DNA of 63,282 bases, counting the filler, from Choristocarpus tenellus KU-1152 (Eukaryota; Protista; Phaeophyceae): the NCBI GenBank assembly GCA_964200185.2. It is 8 parts of 8 records of this genome, joined end to end, with 100 filler letters (N's around TTAATTAATTAA, not from the genome) between each part and the next. Parts side by side here need not be neighbours in the genome. Positions count along the whole stretch, not along the records: positions 34,335 to 40,774 come from CAXNAD020008138.1; positions 40,875 to 47,335 come from CAXNAD020008090.1; positions 47,436 to 52,408 come from CAXNAD020012321.1; 5 more parts are not named here. One strand, 5' to 3'. Positions within the stretch are counted from its first letter, which is position 1; the number at the start of each line of letters is the position of its first letter. The notes below the pieces were generated by a model. The model ran no database searches. It was not told the origin of the DNA and saw nothing but the letters and a program-made list of their open reading frames with translations. Below are positions 36,251 to 48,870 of this stretch, one piece after another. Position numbers and translations under genes: made by a program.

Positions 36251-38603
36251 ATTCAAAGCAGTCACTGGCAAGAAAATAAACCGCGCATTACCTGTACTGA
36301 TGCATAATACTCTTCAGTCCCAACCCTAACCCCGACTGTACTCTGCACTCGATTAGATTTAAGGTGGGCCACGAAAACGCCATACAGTATACTAGAACAC
36401 AACAGCTTTCGCATCCCCATCCCTGCACCGTGCGCCGCTGTGGTTCGTGCTCTGCCTTTAAAAATCAAATCAACAAAGAACAGCACACAAGAGCACCACT
36501 AGTAGTACCGTTTCGTCTTTGAACCATGCCCCATTGAAGATTATCGCTGTAGGCGAAACATGCTCTGCGCTTATACTACAACCCTGACAAATGGCCTAGG
36601 GCCTACACACCTCATCGAAGCACACGGGCAAAGAGAGCCAGAGCCGCTTAGTGCAAAGCAAACACCACAATAGCAGGTGCGGTGAGATCCATCCCGTCCT
36701 TTAAATAACCCCCTCCAACGTAATACCTTGGTTGGAGTACTAATCATTGGTCTACCATTTCTGCATCGCCCGGGCAAATCCCAAAGTGCTCCCTCGTGGG
36801 AGGCTCACAAACACCTCCCAAGTCCCTCCCCAGCCCACCGCAGTGGCTTCGACGGTTGTTGAAATACGTCCCACAAAAGGCGTTTGGCAATAACGAAATG
36901 CACAACACATAGACACTCACACACACAGACACACACACACACACACTGATCGTTTACTCCGTAAAGCTCTTCACCGCCTGCCAAGTAACTCGATGATGAC
37001 AAAGAGTATTTTTTAGATAATTATTCACCCTATTTATCAACTGGTCCAAAAGGCGAGACTCGCGGGATGATACTTTCAACAACATAGCCAATTCAAGACT
37101 TCACACATGCGAACAGTTAGGGCCACAACATGAATAGTTGTGCTCTTGTGTTTGGTAGACTCTTTGAATTGATATACAGCATCTCCTGGCCTGGCCCTTT
37201 CGAAGCACATCATATCCGGACCAGTACTTAACCTGGTGTACCTCATAAATCTCGAAAATTCCTGACATGGTCCCGTCAGAACATACCTTCCCTGGTCAGC
37301 CTATGGAACTGGCCCTGCTAAAAATCACTAAGGACCTGGACACACCCTCATAGAAAACAATACAACCATTCCGCCTACAGTGTTATGTACTTAGGACCAC
37401 CGCTGCACCTCCATTCCTGAAGTAGTACTGTACTGTGCCTCAAAGAGGTACTAAATGCACCCTACATCTGTACCCCAATTTAGCCCCAACAGCCAGAACA
37501 AAAGCAGAATCAAAATGCGTGCGTTTCAAATTCATCCAACAAAATCAGATCAGTTGTAAGAAAAAAAAAAAGAGAGAAAGGTAGAGATCACCAACACAAA
37601 GCTTCGATAATCTTGGTGTGTATAATCTTAAGTGTTTTTTTCCTTTTCAAAATGTACGGGCACAAATTTGTCACTGTACCCCAAACAAAGAAATTTATCC
37701 TCGATTTAATCAATCAATAAAAACGTGAGAACGAAAGTTGACACGCAGGTCTTCCAAGTAAAACAGGAAGTGCGTAAGTGGAAAATTCGAGAACTGATAA
37801 ATAGCAACCTTTTTAATATACTTTAGGGGAAAAAGAGTAACACTTTACACATTGAAAAAAATGTATGGAGAGTGCTACTCTGTGACAGATGTTCCGTGTG
37901 GTTGTGCTGCCTAGCCGTCATAGATATTGATTGCTCAACCTAGCGTAGCCCTTTCCCAAAGTGCTGAACAAAAGTCCAACAGAAGAACAGAAAATCAGAT
38001 CAAGATAAAAGGGTGTGCATGGGAATGTATAAAGAGCAACATATGCACAATAGTCACGACTGTTTTTACCTCAGGTTAAGCCAAAAGAATGGCCAATCCT
38101 GTCAATGTTGGCACAAATCCACCCTCAAATACAGCAGATCTAAGTACAAGAGATGGTAATGATCTTGTTTATATCCTTCGAGTTGACACATACAAATAGA
38201 TAGATACAGATATCGGTATCACACATGCAATGTGCAGATAGAACAATTACATTTATGTATCAGTAAACCCTAGAGGAAACAAGAGCAATCTACTATCTTA
38301 AATGTTTCAACAGCTGGTGTGTGCTCTTCAGCAATGCCCATCATTTGCAACAAATAATGAAATCGCCTTGTGTTTTCTCTAAGAGAATGACTTATTCCAC
38401 AGTGTATCACCGACTTTCCAAGTGTAGTTAGTGGTATTCAGCTTCAGGCTGTTCAGGTCAAAGACTACCACGTACCACACACCTAAAAGCACTCATCCTG
38501 TCGTAGGCACCCTCATGAGCACAATTAATCCCTCCATCACTTTGGTATCGCAAGGGCAATACCTACGGCCCACACTCCCCACATTTCCCACAGAGGCACT
38601 CAC

Positions 38604-39059
38604 CATTCAGCTTTGAAGGCTTCGACATGCCGCTCCCATTCCTCGAGTTTACTGCCCCATCGTTCGCCGAACCAGTACTTGCGGACTGTGACAAACTATC
38701 GTCCCCCCCCAGAAGTATGGGCGAGGGACCAGGGGAAGGAGAAGATTCCTTCATTGTAACAATATTTCCAGCGGAGAAAGACCTTGCAGAGGGCTTGATT
38801 CTGCCAGAGAGATGAAAGGATATACGTGTCGACGATATGGCAATAATGTCTGAAATACTGTTTCAGCCGTGCTTACAAAAAGCACATCTAACACGTAAAA
38901 CTAGTAGGTGACTGGCAAATGAAAATATCAAATTCAGTTGAGGTTACAGGAGTACCTCTTCGAACGAATGGCAACTGTTGGGGCAAGAGCTTCACTCGAG
39001 GAAAGGAGTATCGATAAACCCGTGACGCCCAACAAAGAAAGCCACAACGCTAGGAGCAT
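38604..39059 (-). CDS. 5' exons of a probable plastid-targeted protein of unknown function
   Basis: Exons 39059-38956 and 38800-38604 splice in frame: MLLALWLSLLGVTGLSILLSSSEA-LAPTVAIRSKRIKPSARSFSAGNIVTMKESS... This gives a signal peptide, an ASAFAP-like cleavage site and a basic Ser-rich transit segment. Downstream exons are unresolved. Confidence 0.6.
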
Positions 39060-40100
39060 TACACACTGCCTGGCTGACTAAAACAATGGCATGTCACAGA
39101 TCTTGGTCTCTGATCGAACACAGTAGATATATATAGTGATGTGAACCGAACCTGCTCCACCACTTATGTATTCTTTTTTGAAGTTCATACTATGGAAGGC
39201 ACATCTAATAGTATATATAGTAAAAATATTTCACGCCACAATTTCCAGCCATCATCCAATTTGACAATTTCAATATCTAGAATACAAACTGACAAAGAAC
39301 CTTCGACTTGATCGACCGTGATAAATAGACAACAGAATAGGAATGGGTAGATCCACCTCTGTCACCAGATTGTTGTCCCCCTCAACCACCACTCCATCTC
39401 CATCTTTCTAAACATAATATAGAACAATAGAAAGAAACTTGAGGAGGTAATTTGACAGGAGTATTTTTCGAGAACGAATCTGAGAATATGAAATATATCA
39501 TTATTCTCTACAATATGTTGTACGTTGTGAGGGGGGAGATAAGCCAACTGTGATGTGTCAGAAGAAACAAAAAGGAAAAACTTACTATCATTAAAGTGTG
39601 TAAAGTGGTCCATAATGTTTATTATGTTTCTGACATTTTCCAGATGTTTCAGGGGGGAAACCAATGAAAACTATACATATGTCAGTATAAGACCTAAAGA
39701 AAAAAAACACTATAAATGTGAAACAGGTGGAAACAAGCCGACAGGTTCTTCGTAATGACGGGGAGCGGGAAGACCCGCAGAAGGACATATCAAAGAGAGA
39801 CTAGGTTAAAGAGGGAGATCAATCCCTCCGAAGTTAACTCAGGAAAAGAGTCAACAAGCAGGAAGAGTGAAGGAAAAAGGGGGATTTTGGAGGGCACTCG
39901 AAATCACCTAATCTTACTTCAAGCAGATGTTGTCTTCAACATGCAAAACAACAAAAATAACATGAATATCCTAATGTTCAAGATAGGCTACCTTCAGGGT
40001 ATACCTTCAACATAATATTCAAGATAGGTAACCTTCAGGGTATACCTTCTGTGGAATGTGGCTCTCACATAAATGTGAAAAAAATACTAATCTGTTACTT

Positions 40101-40774
40101 TGTTAAAGAAACTGGTGTTCCCAAGACTTGCATATGTAAATGACTCGATTAATTCCTTGTTATGCAGAACAGTTTGTATATGAAATAAGGAAGGAGAGAG
40201 AGAGTAAGCTTCAAAGCTCAAACGGGGTCATCACCTTACGATTCACACATTCTAATAACACGTCACTCAGTACGTTGTACTATAATAACCCGTGGACAAT
40301 ATTTTCGTTGTCACCTGACAAAGACATTACCATCAGTTGTAATATATATAATAACCCGTGGACAATATTTTCAAAAACTCAATGTTTCTCCCACAGAATC
40401 TTCTTTTACAAATGAATAAAAAACCATATTCTTAACACACTCCCCTGCTTTGAACTTCAAGTGAAAAATACCACCTCAAAACTTTCTTTGAAATAAATCT
40501 TAAACCAGAAATCAATCCCAATTCATTCTACACATGATAACACTGGAATGCCTATTGAAAGACTCCATAGATAAACCCTTGGTAAAAAGATCAGCATGTT
40601 GAAACTCCCTCGGCAAATATCCAATTGCTATCTTGCCTTCCCTCACCAACTGACGTACATAGTGATACCTAATATCAATGTGCTTGGTTCTACCACCAGA
40701 TACTGCCTTCTTAGCAATCTTGATTGCACCATCATTATCCTCAAACACAGATACAGGGTAATCCTTACAAAGTG
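40101..40774 (-). mobile_element. Ty1/copia retrotransposon 3' end: RNase H C-terminus, PPT and 3' LTR (40437-40101)
   Basis: ORF FEDNDGAIKIAK...RTKHIDIRYHYVRQLV...QHADLFTKGL (stop at 40512). PPT gcaggggagtg precedes TGTTAAGAA; the LTR ends TTCTTTAACA (matching inverted terminus). Truncated by the contig end. Confidence 0.92.
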
Positions 40775-40874
40775 NNNNNNNNNNNNNNNNNNNNNNNNNN
40801 NNNNNNNNNNNNNNNNNNTTAATTAATTAANNNNNNNNNNNNNNNNNNNNNNNNNNNNNNNNNNNNNNNNNNNN

Positions 40875-41341
40875 CTCGGGGTTCTTAGGACATTTTCCTA
40901 CTCCAAAATATTTCGGAGTAGGTAAAATATAGATGTAATGAAAAGGTGTGTTTGGTGTGCAAAATAGGACAATAGTGAAGTGTACCTTATTTTGTGTATA
41001 TGAGATTATTGTGTTGAATTGAATCCATGTGATGTATAACTAATGAGATAGTACATCCAGATTATATAGGGAATTTGTTATTCATTCCCTTTCGCTACTT
41101 TGAAATAGATAGCGAAACACAATAATAATAATAAACAAATAAGGAGAAGACACGTGTGAGGCTTCACACCTTCTTATCTTCACTACTAACAAATAGCATT
41201 ACCTCCCAAGGTAATTTGCACATTTGGAACAAGGATGTTGAGACTTCCTAACAAACACGATAGCAAAATTACATTGAAATCGCAACACTGGATTTTTGCC
41301 CCCAAATGGACGTGGCTCTACCCTCTAAGATACATTGGCTC
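40875..41341 (+). mobile_element. Sola2-like MITE copy, 5'-truncated, with a ~270-bp internal insertion
   Basis: 40875-40955 aligns with 43822-43902, and about 41238-41341 aligns with 43915-44026; ends ccctctaagatacattggctc. Confidence 0.75.
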
Positions 41342-43419
41342 TGAACGAAGGTACTAATATGACATTACCTCCTCTTTCTCCAGGTCCTCCTTATCGGCAT
41401 CATCACACTCACTCATACGGCTCATTGAGGTCCATCACATACTTATTCACCTTTGAAGGAAATGCACATGGTCGCATTTAGAGGTAGAGTGGCTACCCAA
41501 GAATGCGATGATGCTTGGAGAACTTGCAGGCGAGAAACGGGGCCAAGGCAGACTTGAGGAGTACAGGAAGGTGTAACACCCAAGATCACACTCAGTTGTT
41601 TGAGATCCCAGCTGTGGGGTACAGTCCAATTGCCTCAAGAGTGGTACACACAGACAAATATATGATGGATAGAGCCACGTATTTCATGGATGCCTGGCAT
41701 ACCCAAAAGGTCTACAAGACGATAGATTGCCATGCCAGAGTAGCTTCGGCAGCTGAGGTTTTCAAGCACGCTCTCTAAACCTGTTTTTTTCCCCGTTCAT
41801 TATGATGTCCTGGTTTATGAACTTCCAACTAAATCCTGCCCCTTGATGCTGGTGTTTTTGCGTTTGTTTCCTGAGTGAATTTGGATGGAAAATGACTCGA
41901 TTCCTGTTGTTTCGAGAATCCTTTACTCCCGTGTTCTGTATTCTATTTCAAATTCTCCTCCCCCCCTACGGCGGTACCTGTCTACCACACCTTATCATAC
42001 TACTGCCATGCAACTCTAATGGATCGTGAGGATTTAAAATGATGTCATAATACAGTTGGAGTAAATGGGGTCAGGCCTTGTCCTGTCAGATGTTAGGAAA
42101 AAAGAGAGCATATGGCCTCAAGAGTCGTCTCAAAGTCGTAAGTTGTCGACAGAGCTTCCCTGTACGTTTTCCTGGACAACGGACATTATAGGCCAAATGC
42201 TACCAAACATTGTAGAGCCATGCTAGCATTGAATGCTCCATTGTCCAACTGTGCAACAACCTCCTCCAACTTTATCATGCACACATATATGCAGTGTCAG
42301 GAAGTCCGGTTCAAGCCATTACTGCTATGTATGGCTGTTATGATGATCAATCATCTTTCCTATCAAGATTTTTATCGGGAGTATACTTACTTTAACAACA
42401 GTGTCATATACCTCATCCAGAGCAGTTACCCAGATTATTATATTCTTGTGGAGATGAACAAGATTCTTCATACTCCGGGTATACTACTTCGAAAAGGTGC
42501 ATTCGTCCCTACTATGATTATCATGCTTTGGGGAATGAGCCCTGGAGTATGGTGATGATACAGGAGAAAAGGATACCAGACTCTATCAAAGATACTGTGC
42601 CGCTTGCTAATATGACTGATGGCCTACTACAGGTAGCGATTGAGGTTTCCACATAGTAGAAAGACAACCTTCCCACGTGGATAAACTTACCAAGTCAATC
42701 TAGCATTGTGGATTGCACTCATAAAGAACACACCCCACAACCAATATTCCAGTTCCCCTCCTGATCAACTCCATCCATTACCAGGTCTTATTATGGTACA
42801 GAGGAGACCTGACACAGTTCCTGGAATAGTTCTGGATCGATTGAAATCAGACTGAAGAGGAACTTTTCAGTAGGTGCCAAACGTGCAACTTTTACTTCAT
42901 GGTCCTTTGTGCTCTAATCTCGTCAGGTATGGTGGATGGATGACACTTTACTCAAGCTTGAGCAGCATGGCAGGAACGGTCATAGAATGAGGCATCATCA
43001 GGTGTCTTCCTAGCACCAAAATTTCTCAGTCGTGCATGTAAACCGTCAGAGGTGCAGTCTCACATGGTAATATTTGTGATTAGTGAGTCAACAGCACCCC
43101 AAACATCCCCAATATTGCATAGTCTAAACATTACAGTTCCACATCCAACCCTAAGCCTATCCTCTATGTCATGCCCGTAGGTAACAAACCAACAAACAAC
43201 GGCATTCTATTGTCCCCCGTTAGTGGGTACAACATCTATTCATTGTCTCTTTATCCCGATCATGTCTATGTGGTGTGGATGTAACCACCCACAAGACACT
43301 GGACTAATGTTCTGTTCAGCGCAAGAACAACACACCACTCGGCTGCTCCTCCTGCACAAACAGTCTGTGCATGCCTTCCAAGTCCTGACTTAGTGGAGCA
43401 AAACTTAGTATGTCGGCTG

Positions 43420-46400
43420 TCAGCACAACAACTGGTTCGCAGTTCCCATCCTCCGTGCAAGGACCTCCAGGCACTCATCACAACGACAGTCTGCAGGTGT
43501 CGCACTCTGATTTCTACTGCCATAGTTGAACACCAGCTCCTAGGTGTGTGGGTGGAGATGGGGGGAGGTGGAGGGGTCAGGGCTACTATAGGAGAAGAGT
43601 CAAGACACATCGTAATCCCCCAAAAAATAATAAAAACGTTTTTGACCAGGGGGAAGAAGCAACACGAAACAAGGATCACCAAACACACAACAACAGGAGG
43701 TCCAGTCGACAAGACTTGTCAGCCACCTCTTGGAGACACTCGTATACTGCACTCTGAGCGAAAGTGTCTTAGAGGGTACGACTTTTGCCCTGTTTGTCCA
43801 TTTATTTGGGGCTTGGCTTCCCATGGGTTCCTTTATGACACTTTCCTACTCCGAAATGTTTAGGAGTAGGTAAAAAGTATACGTTATGAAAATGTGTGTC
43901 CGGAACATGTATACTGACACTTTCTAACCAACACAATAGCCAAAATTACATAAAAATCGAAACATTGGATTTTGGCCCCCAATGGACATGGACGGCCCGG
44001 CCCTACCCTCTAAGATACTTTGGCTCCTCTCAAGTATGTTATTGGGAGTGCAGAAGAATTGCTTGAGTGGGAGTGGCTCTCAGACTGGGCACGATTCAGT
44101 CGTTTCCAACATTGCATCATTGCAACAAAATACCGTGCACTTCTTTTTCTGCTGGTATGCTGATAAAAATCTAACACCAAAGACAATCATAGTTGCGACG
44201 AGCTTTTTACACAACGAAGCCAACACAACACACACTTATTCGCGCACACCAAAGGTACAGCGTGTGCCCCCATGAAAAGGTACACATGAGACCCCAAGCA
44301 GATAGCCCAAGTACGCATGCGGTCCACGAAAAGGGCATGGCGCTCTACACAACCTCAGAACAACCACTGCAGTGAATCAAAAGCCCAATGACGTCTCATG
44401 GCATCAGCCGACACTAAACATACTCCGCCTTAGTGCGATACCCTCTTCATTGCCAGCAACAAACACAGTGAATGGCAACAACGAGTAGCTCTCAGTGTAC
44501 ACAGTGAAAAACGTAAGAGTGTACACATGTCAAGCAAAATCGTGTAGGTTCCTGACAAGATCAAGAAAGGAAAACCAAGTGCAACGATAGTAACCAAGCT
44601 CCGTGGTGAAGAAATTGCCACTATTTTCCAACGGGATCTCTGCTCTGCTACCCAAGAGCTTGAAGGGTGCCAAGGGTGGCATAACCTCCTGACAAATCCT
44701 GCTCAAATTCTTACATAGTCGCTATTCCAGAACATTGGGTTCCTTCCCCTGTCACCCCATCATTTTACAATTCCGCCAAGCCCCACAGCTGGTATCTTGA
44801 GAACCCTATCAACCATAACAAAAATGCAACTTCTAATACTACCATAAAACTATGACAATAGAAGGTGCACACTACATACACACAGCCTGCTCAACACGCT
44901 AAGCACGTGCACACTCACACCCAAAAATATACCTTTTTTTGTCAGATCAGTAAATACTGGGAGCATTTTTCTACAAACAAACACCTCCCTGCAGAACTGA
45001 GCAGCAACAATTGCAAGACCACGGCCCCAGCAAGGGACACGTACGATAACAACCCCCCCCCCCCCACACACACACAAAGATTTTCTCCTGTGCATTTAAG
45101 GCAAAAGTCCCCTTCCATGTCTCCACAATCAGGTGGACACTTACCTCGTTAAATGCCACCTTCTGCTTTGCGTAGAATGCTAGTATGGGGAAGCGCGTGT
45201 CAGCTAGATTTGCCACCAAGCACTTCACCTCCAAGTTGGCATTGCAGCAGGTATGGTTGAAGAAGGCACCTACACCCCGACACCTATCAACCGGAGGAGT
45301 AATGGGAAAAATAAAGTAATAATATATATAAATCAAAACACAGTCCTGTTGTTTATGCAACCTAATAATACTTGAGATGTTTTTTATCAGTGGTAGATTT
45401 CTGTTTTCCAGAGGGGGTCAGTGGGAGAACTGGTGATTGTAAGAGGCTCTTGCGGTGACTGGACCTGGCCTTGGAGGTTGACTGCAAGTGACACCTGGGG
45501 AATGCAAAGATCGAAATCTCAAGATGGTGGGTAGATTCCTGAACTTTGTACTACTCAGGGAGTATAATATTTCAAGCTTAGGTGTGTGGCCGGTCCACTG
45601 AGACTGGGAAGAGCGCATGCTTGTCCAAATCCTTGAAACAGAGGGCCAATTCCCGAAGCTGCATGTATGATTGCAGTTTGGAGTTGGAATGATGGACATT
45701 CACTTTCCCTTCCACAAAAACATGGGGTGTGAAATATGGTATGGAACATGGCATGTGAGTGATGAGGGCACCTCCACCCTTGTTCTTCACAGCATAATAT
45801 CAGGAAGGTATGCACAAGGTGAGGACATGGGACTCAAGAAAACTTCGGCAACCAAGGCATTTTGTAGCACTATATAGTGCTACAGAACACCGTGTAGTAT
45901 ATCATCTGATGAATCGGTCCAGGTAACTAATTTAAAAGTCTAGCACAATAAAGTCTTATGGCGGGGACATTGAGTTCCCCCTTTGCCTATGCAACAAATA
46001 TAAAGGTGTTATAAGGCCGAGCATTTCTCCCACAAACCCAACTCCCTTAACACATGCCTGACACTCCACCCCCGAATCAACACGTGCCCATCATGTGTTT
46101 GAATTCAAATTCGAAATGTCTTGCACCTCGGATAGACAAGAATCAAACAAACCCATTCACCATCAACCAACACAAGAGTAAAGTCGCATCCAAACAATAA
46201 CAGCAGATTCATAGTCCATAGCTCCACTAACACTTCTCAACCTCCACCAGTCCACAAACACAACCAAGCTAGTTCACTGTCTGCACTGCCCACACTCCAA
46301 GGTTCATCCCCTTTCACATCACCTAGTGGCGTCGATGATAAGCTGCTCAGACTTTTTCCTGCCCTTCGGAACATCAAATCGGTAGCAGTGGTTTGGTCGA

Positions 46401-46799
46401 TCCGCCCGCCCCTCCCGTTTCATGAAGGTGCTCTCACGGATCACCTATGTGTCAACACAAAACATGGCAGGGGTGCAGCAACAGAGACCCACAAGGATGG
46501 TACAAGGTACTCCATATACATCACGCACACATTGCCATACTAATCTGTCATGCAACGCCGTTTCCCCTACCTTACTCAACCCATTCAGACAAAAAAACCT
46601 AAGACAGGCCTCCTATATCCCCATCTGCTCGCCACCTACTCCCCCCCCTCCCTCTCTCCCTCCCCTCCCCTCCCCTTCAACTCTTTACCTCCCCAACATA
46701 TTGGCATATATATGTCCCCTTCTCCAGGATGTGTTTTGCCCTCACACCCCATCCCTTCTCCTTGGTTTTGAATACCTCCACACGGACATGAACGCCTCC
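43420..46799 (-). CDS. SET-domain histone lysine methyltransferase, SUV39/SUVH/SETMAR-like (last 4 exons)
   Basis: Exons 46799-46689, 46444-46323, 45283-45145 and 43539-43420 give GGVHVRVEVFKTKEKGWGVRAKHILEKGTYICQYVGE/VIRE...YRFDV...IIDATR/CRGVGAFFNHTCCNANL...FPILAFYAKQKVAFNE/ELVFNYG...CRCDEC...*. Confidence 0.9.
43756..44026 (+). mobile_element. Sola2-like MITE (271 bp), TSD CTCT, in the last intron of the SET gene
   Basis: TIR gagcgaaagtgtcttagagggtac versus right-end reverse complement gagccaaagtatcttagagggtag; flanks ctct|GAG...CTC|ctct. GRG..CYC termini with 4-bp TSDs are the described Sola2 signature. Confidence 0.82.
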
Positions 46800-47238
46800 C
46801 TGCTTGGGCCATGCGAAGGAGGGGTCCGTAAAATACAATGCACCAGTGAGAAAAGACCATAGTGAAAATACTACTTTGGGAGCATCTAATAGGTAGACAT
46901 CAAGCAAAATATGATTTTCTAGACCCCCTTTCCTTATATTTCCGGAGCCAAAAGTTTCGTTTTGTGTGTAACAGTTCTTTCTATTGCTAGAAAAGCCCTC
47001 AAAATCTCAAAATCAGTAGTACTAGAGTAGTGGATAGGAAAGCCCAGGATCCTGACATTCGAGGGGTATACATATATACACATACTTTTCCTCTGCAGAG
47101 AAGTCCTAGTAGCTACACAGTAGTAGTGGAGGGAGGAGGCCGAGCCTGTCAAATATTGAGATACCACTACTCCGTCGGGGTAGGTAGCTGCGCAATTGTC
47201 TTCCCAAGTTGAACAGTGGTATCTAAGAGTTGACAAAT

Positions 47239-47335
47239 GGGTCAAAGTATCTGGGGGGGGGGGGGGGGGGGGGGGGGCCTTTTGAGATGGGGAGAGCCAC
47301 CGGCTGAACCCCAACCCCCCCCAACTCTCGTTTGC
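47239..47335 (+). mobile_element. Terminus of a related MITE/TIR element at a contig end
   Basis: gggtcaaagtatctgggggg. The same terminus occurs at 52372 (+) and, reversed, at ~6229-6242, ~34349-34362 and ~52564-52577. Confidence 0.7.
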
Positions 47336-48599
47336 NNNNNNNNNNNNNNNNNNNNNNNNNNNNNNNNNNNNNNNNNNNNTTAATTAATTAANNNNNNNNN
47401 NNNNNNNNNNNNNNNNNNNNNNNNNNNNNNNNNNNATGGGATTGGTCACATGAAGAATTTCCATGGTTTCATTCTAACGGAAAAAGTCCGTCAGTGAAAC
47501 CATGGACTCTTGACTGGGAACCTCACTCGGTACCACGGTATATGACATTCGGCAATAACGGTATAATAACAGACAAACATGCTTTCCACAGGATGGATTT
47601 CATGTTGCAAGAACCATTTGCCAATCGACACCTGAATGGCCCGATACGGCATTGGTTGGTAGAGCTTCCTCGTCATCACACAGAATGTCACGATAGTCAC
47701 GAATAAGGGAATTCAGGGAGGGATTCAATACTAGTGTGCATCTAAGTGTATATTATGAGAAGAAATGTCTTCCTACAGAGTGACCAGGTGTCATATCTCC
47801 AGCGCCAAAGAGAGTCAACCGTGCCACTCCCCAACCATGCATCTAATGGATAAGCTCCCAGGATACGGGCATTGGCCAGGACTATGAACCATGAACTATG
47901 AACAGAGACCTCATATAACTGATGGACGAACTGAGGCTCTCATATTTGGTGTGTTACAGCATAGAGCAGTCATTATTAATACCTACATCACAATTCCACA
48001 AGTGAAGAGTTGATTGAGTCCAGATCGTCTGGGTGTCATTTGAAACTGAAGGGCAACCCCACTAATTGCAGGCGGCCACAAGAGGTCATCACCGAGAATG
48101 AGACTAGGTAACTCGAGTTTTCATATCTGGGTACCAGACCTGTTCAATCGATAGTCAATCGGGATACTCTTGCCCTCGCACACCTTAACCAAAAGATTCG
48201 CCTTTACCGAACTAGAGCTGACCCTTTTGTTTGTCAATCGTATCATGGCTGTCCTCCAGCTGATTATTGTTGGAACCTTAAATGTCCTCCTATTCTTACC
48301 ACGATGACTACCTAACTTGACGGGAAAGTGCATTTTTTTTGTCGATTTCTCCATGCCCCTCAAACTTTCTCCCTGTAAGTCTCTTGCATGCCACGTCTGA
48401 AATTTGGATGGACCCTAGAGTGTTACAATGGCTATTGAAACATCTCTGTTTCACCTAACCTTTGGCCAAGAATTTTTATGATGGTGGGGTAAAAATGGGG
48501 ATGGACGGAGGAAGGCTCAAGAAAGGAAACGAGAAAATATGTATTGTTCCGAGCTGGGGAATTGATCGTGTCTGAATGGGACTAGTGTGGTGGACCCAT

Positions 48600-48870
48600 C
48601 ATAGCTTTGACCTGCAATTCACAGGGAGGAGGGATATCGATTCGAGGATGCACTGTAAGTGAGTTTGAAACATGTGTGAGAGGTGTACAGATCTCTCGTC
48701 TGTGAGAAATGGAGATAATCATTTTGAGACATGGTGAATGTACCATTGAGACCGCTAATATGCACAATTTCCTGAATACGATCTCTTACAGATCCATACC
48801 TCGTTACCCCAATTTGATCCCCTACACAGACTGTGATGGGAGGTGCATTGGAGTATTGCTTAGTCAGTTG
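48600..48870 (+). mobile_element. Highly decayed Ty1/copia reverse-transcriptase remnant
   Basis: GVQISRL*EMEIIILRHGECTIE resembles the copia RT segment LG(I/V).I.R......I.L.Q..Y; later RCIGVLL resembles ..IGSLLYL. Confidence 0.4.

Noticed and set aside
36030-36320. Duplication around a 10-N gap with poly-G and a Lys/Gly-rich ORF
   Set aside because: 36060-36132 is an A-biased, error-rich copy of 36247-36319 after a G homopolymer; this is a scaffolding or read-quality artefact.
41380-43000. Possible decayed TE coding remnants (zinc-knuckle-like stretch near 42160-42200)
   Set aside because: Needs several frameshifts and substitutions to read as CCHC; too degraded to assign.
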